A stretch of DNA of 64,000 nucleotides from Octopus vulgaris (Eukaryota). The DNA lies in NCBI GenBank assembly GCA_951406725.2, contig OX597825.1:31992001-32056000 (forward strand), written 5' to 3'. Made by a program: the position numbers and the translations under genes. Below the pieces are notes generated by a model. The model did no database searches, was not told the origin of the DNA, and was given only the letters and a program-made list of their open reading frames with translations. Positions 12,481-26,400 of the stretch are shown piece after piece; the stretch's first letter is position 1; each line of letters opens with the position of its first letter.

Positions 12481-13843
12481 TTCAAAATAAGGTGATTAGA
12501 ATCAAAATAAGCAACAAGGATATCCAGAGGTAATGCAGTACAATCGTTTCACGCAACTCCATTTAATTGAACAATGCAACCATTACATCAATTTAAATGC
12601 AGAGCAATCTTCAACTGCACAAAGACATAGAATTTAATTAAATTAAAACAGTTGGACACAGTATAATTTTATCTAAAATCTCCAAGAAATTAAGGAGATA
12701 GACAAAGAACATGCTGCCTTCACTTTAGCTTAGAAGCTACTAAGGTATCAGGAAGAAAGACTTGTTACAGATTTTGCTTGTCACTGTTTCATGGGGTCAG
12801 TTTTAATTTAGACTAGTTTTATCAAATCCTTATATATCTAAGGCCAAGAGAACAGGAGGCAGTGTCAGTTCGGGGTAGGACTGAGGGAGTCGACTGAAAT
12901 CATAATGGGTATAGTCATAAAAATCAAGATTTATTTGAAGCAATATCATGAGATTTGGTAAAGGAAAACTTAAATTAGCGGTGGTGTAATTCCCATACGG
13001 GACTGTCACGTTAAGTTGACAGTATACAACCACTCTATCACTCCACCACCGCTCATGTCACTTTGAAACATTTAGAAATTTAATATTTCTGATTAAATCA
13101 AGATGTTAGCTGACAATTAAGGGGGCTGGTCATTAGCAGACCATTGATAATGAAACAGGGGAAATCTTACCATGTAGTATTATAGTTAAATATTTTAAGC
13201 AATACTGCTATATTGTATAAATTTAAAGTTTAGGGTTATTCAGAAGAAGAATTATAACAAAAGGAATACTTTTGAGCATATACCAAACTATTATACATTT
13301 TCTATAAATCTTCTCTATTGATGTTACTAAGTTGTATATATACTTCATCATGATCTTTAGTGATTGAGCTATTTTATAGCCTTTTCTATGGTGTTTTACC
13401 CTACCTGATCATTTGAATACTTTATAATTGCCTTTAGATAAACCTAAATTTTTGTACCCCTATAAATTCATACTTAGCTTATATAAAACAATAGGGGTAT
13501 CTTCACAACTTAAAATTAAACTGCTTAAATTATAATTTAATTAATTTATATTTAATTTGTTCTTTCACCTCAATGCTAAATCTTCTTGATAACCTGAAAT
13601 TTTAAGTTAATACAATATGGCTATATTGTTTAAAATAGGTTTTAGTAATTAATTTTTTTATTCCTTTCTTAAAGGGTTCCATCCTCCTGATCTTAGTATT
13701 TATATTGGCCTTTATACAAGCAACCCTTCTAATTAAGTACCCGTAAGAAACTGTAATATGTACGGATCAACACTAACTTTTAAAACCTGTATTATACCTC
13801 TTCATTTAAAATTAGTATATAATTAGCACGTTCCTTTAAATAA

Positions 13844-14046
13844 CAATATGGTTTTCGTTCTCCCAGGGGCACAGCTGATTGTATCTTTACTGTCAGACAA
13901 TTTACAAGAAAAGTGCATTGAATAGAATCTTGCTCTATATCATTGCTTTGTTGATTTGAGCAAAGCATTCATTACGGTTAATTAGCTCTGAGGCTGATTT
14001 TAAGGAAAATAGGTTGCCCAGAAAAATTTGTAAACATGGTCAGGGC
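13844..14046 (+). mobile_element. RTE RT N-half fragment, opposite orientation to 11040-12480
   Basis: Translates to QYGFRSPRGTADCIFTVRQ/LQEKCIE*NLALYHCFVDLSKAF...LRKIGCPEKFVNMVR. Confidence 0.75.
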
Positions 14047-14085
14047 TTTGCTTAATTTTCTCCAAGATCTTTCCATTGTAAATAT

Positions 14086-14889
14086 GGTTAATATCTAGAT
14101 CCGCACCCGGTGGGGAAAATGAGATCCGCACCCGGTGGGAAAAATGGAAACGAAAATGTGTAACAGTTGTAAGGCATCGTATATTGAAGGAATAAGACGG
14201 AAAAAAGCGCGCTGACAAACGGGGGGTGGGGGCTCGAGAAATTCCCAGGATCAACCGTAGAGGATCCACGCCCAGGTGGCAAAAGTGGAAAAAAATATGT
14301 GTAACAGGTGTAAGGCATCGTATATTGAAGGAATATGACGAAAAAAAAGCGCGCTGACAAACGGGGGGGGGGGGCTCGGAAAATTGCCTACGATTTAAAG
14401 AAAAATTTACCATCAATTTTCACCATTTTAAACGCATTTCACACACATAGCCCAATGTCATAATTCAAAACTAACGCAGCGAAAATTTTGAAAAGTTCCC
14501 CCAGTTCTGAAAAAATCGATAAATTCGACATGGGGTCGCGAATCAGAAACACAATGGTGAAAATTGATGGTAAATTTTTCTTTAAATCGTAGGCAATTTT
14601 CCGAGCCCCCTCCCCCCCCCGTTTGTCAGCGCGCTTTTTTCCCGTCTTATTCCGTCAATATACGATGCCTTACACCTGTTACACATATTTTTTTCCATTT
14701 TTGCCTCTACGGTTGATCCTGGGAATTTCTCGAGCCCCCACCATCCACCCCCCGTTTGTCAGCGCGCTTTTTTCCCGTCTTATTCCGTCAATATACGATG
14801 CCTTACAACTGTTACACATTTTCGTTTCCATTTTTCCCACCGGGTGCGGATCTCATTTTTCCCACCGGGTGCGGATCTAGATATTAACC
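14086..14889. mobile_element. Non-autonomous DNA transposon with ~340 bp TIRs and 8-bp TSD (Merlin-like)
   Basis: Ends GGTTAATATCTAGATCCGCACCCGG...CCGGGTGCGGATCTAGATATTAACC. GTAAATAT flanks both sides (14078-14085 and 14890-14897). Internal subrepeats present. GG/CC ends with an 8-bp TSD fit Merlin. Confidence 0.8.
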
Positions 14890-15643
14890 GTAAATATTAC
14901 CTTTTGTATTCGAAATTTTGGATCATCTGTGAAATGTGTCAGTGTGTATGTGTACGCGCCCACTAATTTTGTTCCTTTTCCCCAACATATTATATTCTGA
15001 TAGAATCGGAACCTATATCTCATAAGCATTTGTTGAAAATTTCATTAAAAATCCTTTTTTGAAAGTTATGAGGAAACAAAATCCAAAGTGGTGCTCACTT
15101 GGGTAGTCTGCTATTTTCAGTAAAACAAGCAAAAAAATTAGGTGCTAAATATTCCTAAAAAGACCTGTGTCACGGCTGAAAAGCTTTAGGCGTCAGGTCG
15201 AGTCGATCAAGCTACAAATTTCCACTGTGTCTATTTTCAGTGTCTGATTTATAGATAAATCACAAGTTGTGGTGCACCTGAGCACTGTATACAATAATTT
15301 CATTATTATATTTAATAGCCACGGGCGAAACGCTTTTGATAAACAAGCCGTGTGTAACTCCTCCCACTAATACTTCCCCTACCATCTCATTGGTCCTTAT
15401 CTTCTCCATCCCTTCCTCTCTCTCTTTCTCTCTATCTCCTCCTTCTATTTCAACCTTTACTCTTTCAATGCCAGATTCTCTTTATCTTTCCCTTCACTTT
15501 CCCTTCTCTTTAATTGCCTCCTCCTCCTTCCACATATTTTTTTGTCTGCCAACCACATAAAAACACACACAACACATATATATATATATATATGTCCAGA
15601 ATTAAATCTTCTCCTTCAGCTTCGAAGTCTCAATAACGCCATC

Positions 15644-15769
15644 ATGCTTTCAACATCAGCCTGGCGCAGCATTTCGCGTAGTCCTTTACGATGGTATATG
15701 CTATCATCCAAAGCTGGTTACGCGGGGATACCAGCTCCTATAACGAACCCTGACATCGCTCAGTCCAAG
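15644..15769 (+). CDS. ALDH2: ALDH2 exon 1 (mitochondrial targeting-like leader)
   Basis: [42 protein letters not shown] then gtaaag, phase 0. No acidic residues in the first 37 aa. Confidence 0.85.
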
Positions 15770-18541
15770 GTAAAGCTTATGGCTTATACTCTATTTTAAC
15801 GTGTGTAAAGAACTCTTTTTTTGTTTGTCAAAAATTAGTTTTAAAATATGGGAGTTTCTTATACATGAATGGTATTATAATCCCTTACAAAACCTTTTTT
15901 TCCCCCAAATTTTAAGCCCCCCAAATTAGGGAGTTCCTTGTACACGTTAAAATACGGTATATTTCTGAGTTGTGTTTGTGTGTATTTCGTTTTTGTATTT
16001 GATTTGCAAGATTCTTTTTGTGAATTCGTTTGTTGAAGCATACTGAAGCTTGTTGGAGTTATTCTGTGTTAATGCCTTATTAATTAACACTCACCGGTTC
16101 CATTTCTGCTCCTTTACTTATTTGTTTCGTTGCTTCAAAGGTTGCAAGAAGCAACGAAAATTTTAGGGGAAAAAATTAGTGGAAATGGAACCGGTGAGTG
16201 TTAATTAATAAGTCATTAAAACAGAATTACCCTCCCCAGACACTATCGTGAAACTTTTTTAACAGAAGACACTCCCCACCTATGTTAACGGAAACAAGCT
16301 TCCCTCCAGCATTGTGTTGGTATGTTTTCAGATATAGTATAATTTATATTAAGACTAACATATATTAAGGTTGAATCCTACTTTGGTGTTGGATTAAAAC
16401 GAAAATAAAATTATAAAACAGACATTAAAAGCAAAAAATTCTTGCATTATACACGACTAAAGATTGTAATAACATTTCATTCACTCCTCCCACTTTCTTA
16501 AAATTATGTTTTCGTAGCAATCTTTCGGTGTTAGTTGTTTTCAGTCCGACACCTAAATTATAAATCTGATAAAATTTTGGTACTTTCATCCTTACGATTT
16601 TCACGAAGACCAAAAAATATCAAAAGTTACCTTACATATGTCGATGTCCATCGTTCTACTCTGTCGTACGTTTAAAGACGTAAATATTTTAATTAGAATA
16701 TACAATCTTTAAATGGAATTAACTGCTATTATATATATGAGGTCAATTAAGACGATTGCAACAACAAAAAGAAAAAAACACGGGAGACGGGGGTCAAGAA
16801 GGGGAATTTCCGAGGTTCCGCTCTACCCCACCCCCTCTGTTTTCCGCGGAAAGAATGCATGTAGCTTGAGATTTGGTTGCTATTTCTAGCTTATGTTGGA
16901 TTATAGTTTTTAGTCATGAGTGACTTTGTTACAGTATTTAAAGGACAAAAGTATTAAATAATAACAAAAACGAATGTCATCTATTTTTTTCTATTGGATT
17001 TGTTTTATTTTATGTAAAACGAAAACAAGGAAAATTCTAAACAGCCTTGTTTATTTCGGTGCATCAAATTCTGTTACTTTACCACCAAAAGTAGATCAAT
17101 GTTGAAACTTGCCTCCCCCCGCCTCCTAAACAAAAAGTTCAGTGACCGTCAAACATCATTCAAGTTATGGGTGGGGCAGAATTAGTAACCGGGGTAAAGT
17201 GAGTAATTTCTGATTTCTCTTGTTTTCTCCCAACCTGTTTGAAATCATTCAAGCGTTGCTCCTTCATCTTGTTGCATTATTTTTAGGAATAAAAATTGAT
17301 CAGCATAATTGTTAAAGTTGAGTTTGGGACACTTCTTTAGAAGTGCACCTCTATAAGAAAATTATGCCTAATTTCTAAAAAATTATGAAAATGGGAAATA
17401 TATTAAAAATAAATGAAGCATGCAAAAAATTAGGAAGATTTATCAATTTTTAAATATTTTATTCTTAAAAAAAATATACGGACACGGGCACTGGCGAATA
17501 TAAACAAACATGTCGGATGATAACTTATTGTTAACGATACAAGGGGCCTGACAGTATCGTCTGCGAATTGTAAGAAGACCGTTTCACAATCTTGAAAGTC
17601 AGTTGTGCCTGAACGAGAAATATCACGTCATAAAATGGACGAAGGTAAAGCGAGTTCACACCACCTAACACTAACCCTAACAGTAACCAGTGTGCGCAGT
17701 AAAAAATCTGATTTAAAATTATCAAGAATTTGCAAACGTTGTTGTGGGGCCCCTCGTATCATTAATATCTGATACATCGTCTGACACATTTGTTTATATT
17801 CGCGAGTTCCCGTTTTCCGTGTTTTATTCTTTAGTATAAAATATTTTAAAATAGATGAATCTTAATTTTTTGCATACTTCATTTATTTTTTCCGTTTTCA
17901 TTTAAAAAAAACAATTAGCGTCATTTTCTTGGAGAGGTGTGCTTCTAAAGAAGCGTCGAGTTTGGAACAGTCGAGTGACAGATACTTTATTATTAATTTT
18001 TTTTTTTTGCCCCAAGGAATTTTGGTAAATTTATAGTTTCACACCGGACTCGATTTCGTTACAAAATAACCTTTTTCGGGCGGTATTTTTTAATTTTACA
18101 GTGGTCTTAGTTGATCTCGTAAGCTGTCGGAAATGCATTTTTTCCGCGGAAATCAGCGGGCGTGGGGTAGGATGGAACCTCGGAAATTCCCCTTCCCGAC
18201 ACCCACCTCCCGTGTTTTTTTTTGGGTTTTTTTTTGTTGTTTTTGTAATCGTCTTAATTGACCTCATATATAATCAGTTAATTCCATTTAAAGATTGTAT
18301 ATTCTAATTAAAATGTTTACGTCTGGTTCGCTGGAATTGAGTGGATTAGCAAAAGTCGCTTTGTTGTTCCTCTGACCGGTCGGAAGCATGACAAAGAGAC
18401 GTTGCTTCCGCTAATTCAAAATACATCAAGCCTGGCTCAGTTATCTATAGTGATTATTGAGCGGCTTACAAAGATATACAAAAATTGGGTTATCAGCATT
18501 ACGTGATAAACTATAAAGAAAATTTTGTTGGGACCACGCGT

Positions 18542-18596
<55 letters not shown>

Positions 18597-21500
18597 CATC
18601 AAACGTTTTTGGTGAGATTTAAAAGAATGAGTGAAAAGGCCGGGTATTCGTTCAAACTATCTACACCAGTACCTGGCCAGGTATTTATTTATCTCTGCTA
18701 CAGAAAACAAAATAAAAATTGCTGCACCAATTTTTTTATTGAGACAGCAAAATTATATACACCCTTCCAGATTGCCAGTAAAGGATCGATTCTAGCACAA
18801 ATCCGGAGACAGAAGATATACAGGACTACCCTAGGTTCCGCCCCACCCCTCCCCCTCCATTTTCCACTGACAAAATGCATTTCTCACACATGAGGTCAAT
18901 TAAGACGATTGCAACCCCCCCCCAAAAAACGCAGGAGACGGGGTCGGAAAGAGCAATTTCCGAGGTTCCGCCCCCATCCCCTCCATTCTCCGCAGAAAGA
19001 ATGCATTTCCGACAGCTTATGAAGTCAACTTAAACGATTGCACCCAAAAAAATCGGGGGGGGGGGGATTTAGTCCCGAAATCGAGTCTGGTGTGAAACTG
19101 TAAATTTGCAGGAATTTTTCCTCAAAGATCCTAAAAGATCTTTGGTCATAATTAAGCTGGCGTTTGGGACATTCTTTTCTCTGCTGGATTCCAACTCAGT
19201 TTTTCCCTACACTAATTGGGTAAAATGAGTGATGACTATTTTCAACAATTTCTTCTCTTTAACTGCAAGCTGCGTAAAATGTATCAGAAAGAGTGACACT
19301 CCAGTGGATTCTGAAGAAGCTATAGAGAATATTTTCATGTTGCATTTTCTTAACTTCATATCATATCCCATTTTTCCATGACCTGCTTTCGTCTGACCAT
19401 GACATTTTGAATTCATGATGTCTAGATGTGTATGAACCTTTTTTCAAATGTAATTCTGGAGAATTGAAGAGGCAAGTTTACCTTATCTTGTCTTACTCAT
19501 TTTGCCCCATCTAAATTTGTCTTTTGTTTGCTCAGAGAACGGTGATAATTTTCTGAAATAGTGTTCTGGATATGTAATAGTATTCTTAATGCATTTAGAG
19601 AAAGTCATTTATTTAGCTGATATAGTTTTTGTAAGGTAGTGAACATTTATTAAAATAGTTCTCAAGTCAAAAATGCAGTAAACATTTCTCATTGTGCCCC
19701 ACCTCCTAATCTGAAATCAGTTTATGTACGAGGTCACAGTTAATGCCTCATTATAAACACTGTCAACAGAAGTGCCTGTACCCCAAAAAGTTTCTAAAAT
19801 TTAATATATGAGAAAATGGACACATTAGGATGAGGTGGAGTATCAAAACAGAAGTCCTTGTAAAAATTTTGCAAGTTTATCCAGACCAGGTCTCTGGTTT
19901 GGAATGATACCTGCAGAAGAGAATAGCATAGGACTAACCTTCTTGGAAAGAAAGGTGGTGTAGTGGTTTGGGTAGAGGTGCCCTGAGTGGGGCTGAGCAG
20001 AACATCAGATTGAGCTAAGAGTACCTGGGCAAAGCTGGAATGAAATCGTCAGTTTTGGATGAGTAGGGGGCATTATAATAGCAGAAGAGAGAGAAGATTG
20101 CATGCTTATGGACCAAAGGTGTATGAAGTATGTCTGTGACTGATTGTATTCCAATTACATGTGGAGATGGGGTAAACATTATGAAACTATACCTAAGGAA
20201 CTATTCCCTTGTACTCCTGTTGTTCCTACGGGTATTAATTCGTTTAACCCTTTTTTTACTGTATTTCTGTCTTTGTTTCAATTAATTTTGAAAATAATGA
20301 AAGATTTAGTAAAAGATCATAATTAAGCTGGCATTTAGGACATTGGCCTTGGAGAAAATGCAATGGCCATGTGAACAGCCCCTTTCTCCAGACCCACTAA
20401 GTAAAGTCATTTTATTTACCAGATTAAGGGTTAGCTCCTTTGAGTATTCCATACTTTGTTCTGAAACAAGATATTGCTCCCTCCTTCTAAAAAGTAGTCA
20501 GATTCATTTTGGGTTTTACACTCGAAATTGAACTCTGGAGGTCAATGTAATCAATTTTTCCCCTACCTTTAAAATTGATTGTCCTGTGCTAAAATTTCAA
20601 ACCATTATAGTGATGAGTTTAAAAACATTGTGGCATTTGAGTACCCTGTGTTTTGGGGTAAAAATTTTCTTAACCTTAGATTTGGTGTAAGGAACTTTTG
20701 ATATATGGTCAAATTATTGTCCACTTTTCCGTGATTGCATGGGTTAAAGAATTTTCTACAACCATATGACCTTCCTGTTGCCAGCCCTCACCTGTTTCCA
20801 AGTAAGGTAATATTTTCCATGGCCACATTTTTTCCATGCTTGTATGATGGTGTTGTTTACTAACAACCACGACATGATGCCTAGTCAAGGGTGCGCACAC
20901 ACACACACACGTACATATATGACCATCTTTTGCTTTCCATTTACCAAATCCACTCATGGCTTTGGTTGCTTTGTGACTACAGTAGAAGATACTTGCCTAA
21001 GGTGCCACACCATGGGATGGAACCCAAGACTCCATGGTTGGCAAGTAAGCATCTTAATCACACACTCTAGCTAAAACCTTCTATTTTCATGTTAATTTAT
21101 TTATACTCCAGATATCAATTACCTCTGCCTTAACGAAGGAAGAGGTATTGTTTTTCACTTGTTTGTTTGACCGTGGACAAGATATCTCAAGAACCACTGG
21201 ATGGATTTGGATGAAACTTTCAGGAATGTTTGTCCTCATGACTAGCGTGAACTGATTAAATTTTGAGATCGATTTTCCTGTTTTTTTTTACTTAATTTTT
21301 GAAAGTGGTTGGGTTCATTTTTAGTATTCTCGTGTGTGAGAGCAGTTGAATTTATTTCAGATATTCTCATTTTAAAAATCATCTCGGGCTAATCGTTGAG
21401 AGGATGTTGGTGTTGCCTTGGCGGAGGTTGGCGATCTCTGTGTGCTCTTGTTGCAATTAATTTTAAAATTAGAGCAATGTATTTTAATAGAAACAAGAAG

Positions 21501-22445
21501 ATTAAACTTTTAATACTTCTGAATTCTGGAAAGCACAAAGCATTAAATCTTTAAGTGAAATAACCATCAAAAATAGAGCTTTTACAAATCTGTAAAATTT
21601 TGTTTTAGTACAGAAAACTGAGATTGGTTATCAGTAATTCCTCTTTATTTATTTTATTTATTTATTTTTATTTTGAAGATTTTTATAAACAACGAATTTG
21701 TGAATTCCGCCAGTGGCAAAACATTTCAAACTTTGAACCCATCCAATGGAGATGTCATTTGTGAAGTTGCTGAAGGAGATAAGGTATGTTAGCATTGGCT
21801 GTTTTCTAGTCTGAGAATTTTTCTCTGTAGCTAATCTTTTTTCTGTGTATCCCTCTTATATCTCTCTTTTCTTTTTTTTCATCTTCTCCCTCTTTCTCTC
21901 TCTTCTCCCTCTTGCACTCTCCTCCCTGCTCAAAATAAAAACCATGTCACTGAAGGCATATACATACAACCTGTGTGTACCCTCTCTTTTAAGCTGTCTC
22001 TTATAGAATTGATAGATTTATTTTTAAATCTGATTTGTTATTTGCATTCATTTGTATCACTTAACCTTTTTGTTACCATATTTCTATCAAGATGCTTTGT
22101 GTTTCTTTCACTTGATTTTAAATATAACAAAGAATTTAGTAAAATAACTTAGTTATCATTCAGCTCGTGTTAGAAACATAAATTACGACTAAGGTTTGGT
22201 GGAAGATTAAATTCAGAACTTTTGAAACCCAGATATTTGTACTATAGAGCCAGAGGCAGTTTCAGCTGGGTTGGTATCGAAAGGGAATCTGCCAGAGATC
22301 TTTCCATTCATGGAGGAAATGCCACATTATACATGTGTGTGTGTATATGCATATTCTCTCTATTACTGTCTATTTGTTTCTTCCCATTGAGTTTTCTCTG
22401 CAACAGTCTCTCTGTGAGCTCTATATCCTCTTTTCTCTTTAAATG

Positions 22446-22494
<49 letters not shown>

Positions 22495-23388
22495 TTTGAT
22501 AAACACAAGATGCAGTTTGTCCTTTGTTCTCTGTTTCATCCTGATGGTTATTTATGTCCTCTGCATATGGCCTTCCAAATGCCCAACTGCTCACAAATGA
22601 ACTTAAGCCAGAGCATGCAGTCCTTAAAATAAAAATCGTATAATTGAAGGTGTGAACTTACAGCATGTGTGTACCCTCTTTCAAGCAGTCTTTTGAAACC
22701 CCCTGTTTGCCATATGCATTTAACTGTACATGCAGGAAATGTGTGTGTGTCTTGTTTTCTATTTCTATGTTGTAGAACAGAGTATGAGATTGTATAAATT
22801 TAATGTGTCAGTGTGTCTGCCTGCCTTCTATCTAACAGTCGTGTCAACTTGACATTTCTATCAACCAAAACTTGTAGGGTATCAGGACACGAGATAAAAT
22901 AAAATGTAATGGAAGTAGAATAACTACAGTAACACCAAGGTTAATTAATACTTTGAAGATGGCCTGCAGTTATCTGGGCAAAGATAACCATCAACTGTTT
23001 GGATAGTTATCAGGATATTTCACTCAGTTGTCTGGGACCATAAATCAAGGGTCACTTGAATTTGGCTATGAAATAAGAGTGAAGAATAACTATGAGAGTG
23101 CAAAGATACCTTGTTCTGGGACTGGATATCATTATCATTGTTTTAACATCTACTTTCCATGCACAAATATGTCAGATTTTGTTGAGGTACTGACCTGATG
23201 ACCTTGATGTAGTCAACTTACCTGTTTTCTGTTCGCAAGCAAGGTGATGTATTTCTGTGGTTAGATATGTTTTCTCTGAGGATTGGAAATAAACACCCAC
23301 TTATATCATGATATTCTTTTGAAACCAACACATGATGTGAAGAAGAGAGAGACCACACACGCCACACGCACACACACACACACACACG

Positions 23389-23478
<90 letters not shown>

Positions 23479-26400
23479 CACACACACACACACACACGCC
23501 ACACACACACCACACACACACGCCACGCACACACACACGCCATGCACACACACACACACACACACGCCACACACACACACACACACACACAAGCACACAT
23601 GATGGGCTTCTTTCCAGTTCCATGTACCAAGTCTACACAAAAGGCTTCAGGTGAAATGTGGATAGTGTAGCTGACATTTGTCCAAGGTACCATAACTTCC
23701 TGACCATATAACCAAAGCTCTGTTGTACAAAAGAAAAAAAAAAATGCTAAATCTTCCTCAATCACCATTGTTAATTGTAAGGTAGTTTATAGTTAATTTC
23801 TGTTTCGTTATGTTTTTCAGGCAGATATTGACAAAGCAGTGGCTGCTGCCAAAGATGCTTTCAGACTGGGATCACCATGGAGAAGAATGGATGCCTCAGA
23901 CCGTGGCAATTTAATGTACAAACTGGCAGATTTAATTGAAAGAGACAAGAATTACATTGCGGTAAGTAAAACTATTAGCATTTTGCTGATGATAGATCAC
24001 ACTTGATATTGTCTCTGCTAAAATGTATCATAATAATTAGTTTCTGTTCTCAGAGGTTCTCCATACAATTCTTGTTGATATATATTTTATATTTCTTGTT
24101 GTTGTTTAGTTCCAAGTAGACTCATGGGTGAATGGAGATATGATTAAAGACATCATCATCGGTTAACATCCGTTTTCTATGCTGGCATGGGTTGGACGGT
24201 TTGACTTGAGGTCTGGAGAGCCAGTGGCTGCACCAGGCTCCAATCTGGTCTGGTAGAGTTTCTACAGCTGGATGACCTTCCTAATGCCAACCACTCCAAG
24301 AGTGTAGTGGATGCCTTTTACATGCCACTGGCACAGGAGCCAGTAAGGCAGGCCTGGCAATGATCACGTTCGGATGATGCTTTTTACGTCCCACCGGCAC
24401 AGGAACCACTAAGGGGGTACTGGTATCAGTAACGAGCTAAACTGACAATGAATTTTGTAAAATGTAAATTATTTTTGAGGCTGAATGAGTGGCTTAACCT
24501 AAAATAATGTTTAACCATACATAAGTAGCTAAACCTGAAATGCTACTTAATACCTGGTAAATACACAAATCTTGAATAAATGCAGAACATTTTATTTATT
24601 CAAAGCCATATAGTGTATGTCAAAAAAAATGTGGAAGTGGAAGTCAGGTCAGCATTGGTTTCAGCTAAATATAGTTTTGGAATGTTTTGTTAAAAAAACC
24701 AAGTGAACTGATGTCAGCATAGAAAAGTCAAATTTTTTTTGCTGCAAAGATAACTTTTTTTACTGTATGGTTAAGATTTCTTTAAGGTTTTGGATTCATT
24801 AAATTTGCTTGACTGAAACTGTGGAAGCCTATCAATTGGAGATTTGTGCAGTTTCCTGGTTAAATATCTATCTGGTCCTTTTAGGTGCTTTTTTTAGTGG
24901 AGTCTATGTTGGCAGTTTTAGAGATCTTAGAAAACCCGAATACATGGTTTTGAGTTCAGTCCACTGTGTGTCACTTTGGGCAAGTGTCATCTTCTATAGC
25001 CCTGGGTCAACCAAAGCTTTGTGAGTGGACTTCATTGCTAGAAGTCTGTGTCTCTTTCTCCCTTTCTGAGTAGGGTAACCATGTCTCTTCTACAAGACAT
25101 CTGTTTCTATCCCTCTGTTATACTGAAACTCTCAACTGGCACAAAGCTACCTCCTTCTATACACTTCCTCCTCTTTGTTGGGAGGTCTTTGTTTTGCAAA
25201 TTACCTGGCAACCTTGCTGGTACCATGTGAAAAGCATCAATTCTACTCTGTAAAGTGGTTGATGTTAGGAAGGGTATGGAGCCATAGAAACCGTGCCAAA
25301 ACAGATGGTAGAGCTTGGTGTTGTCTTCTGACTGACCATCTCCTATGAAACCATTCAGCCTATGTCAGCATTGGGAAATGCTTCAACCAATGATGACGAC
25401 TAGTATTTTCTTGTCATTGCATGATAGTTGTAAATGAGTGTCACTGACAAATATTCTTAATCTTCAAAAAAGTGTCCAGCCAGGGAGCAATATTATCTTG
25501 CTTAGAAATAAAGATTGGTGATTAAAAGAGTGCCTGGCCATAGCAAATCTGCCTCTAAACTCCAACCAACCCATAGAAATGTGGGCATTAAAATCACACA
25601 CATGCACACACACACTGCATGTGCATTGGTAGATAAATATTGTCAATTGACACCTTCTAGTTGCTCTCTTTTGCTTTTAGGTTTTAGAAAGGTTTGAATA
25701 TATTTTGCATTTTGTATAGAATTTCTTTAATTAATTCTCCATATTTTGTATAGAATTTGTATTTTTCTTTTTCAAGTCTTTAGAAACTCTTGATAATGGT
25801 AAAACCTACACCCAGTCTTACCTTGTTGATGTTGCTGCTGTTGTTAATACTTACAGGTAAGAATTTCTTAATTTTCTTCCTAAAATAGCATTTTTTGAAG
25901 CCTGTTTATCTTGTTCTGGTCATCAGACTTTGGCCTTGCTGGGGCACAACCTTCAAGGGTTTAGTCAAACAAACTGACCCTAGTACTTTCTTTTTACTAT
26001 GCCTTGTACTTATTCTTTTGACCTCTTTTTGCTGAATTTCTGCATTACAGGGACATAAACAAACCAATGTCAGTTGTGAAATGGTGGGAAACAAACACAG
26101 CCACATACACTTTGATATTTATTTACAGCAGGCTTCTTTCAGTTTTCATCTATGAAGTCCATTCAGAAGGCTTTGGCTGGTCCAGCTTAAGTGGAGCATT
26201 TACCCAATCATGTAACTTCGGGTTCAGTCCCACTGGGTGACACACCTGAGCAAATGTCTCCTCTTAAAGCTTTTGGCCAACCAATGCCTTACAAGTGAAA
26301 TTAGGTGGAAACTCGAAGCCTGCTGTGTATAAGTATGTGTTATATACCCACACATGTGCATGTCTCCCTTCCATTGCTTGATAACAAGTGTTGGTTTGTT

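Larger units (their letters stand above)
16676..19115. repeat. Three copies of one repeat in alternating orientation (16676-16860 +, 18010-18324 -, 18890-19115 +)
   Basis: tgaggtcaattaagacgattgca...aatttccgaggttcc...gaatgcat core appears direct, inverted, then direct. Confidence 0.8.

Noticed and set aside
12830-13843. Possible NUMT (very AT-rich segment)
   Set aside because: No recognisable mitochondrial rRNA, tRNA or protein motifs found by eye. Left unassigned.
16630-16651. Minus-strand ATG mini-exon MDIDICK followed by gtaac
   Set aside because: No downstream exons identifiable, and such a short match can arise by chance.
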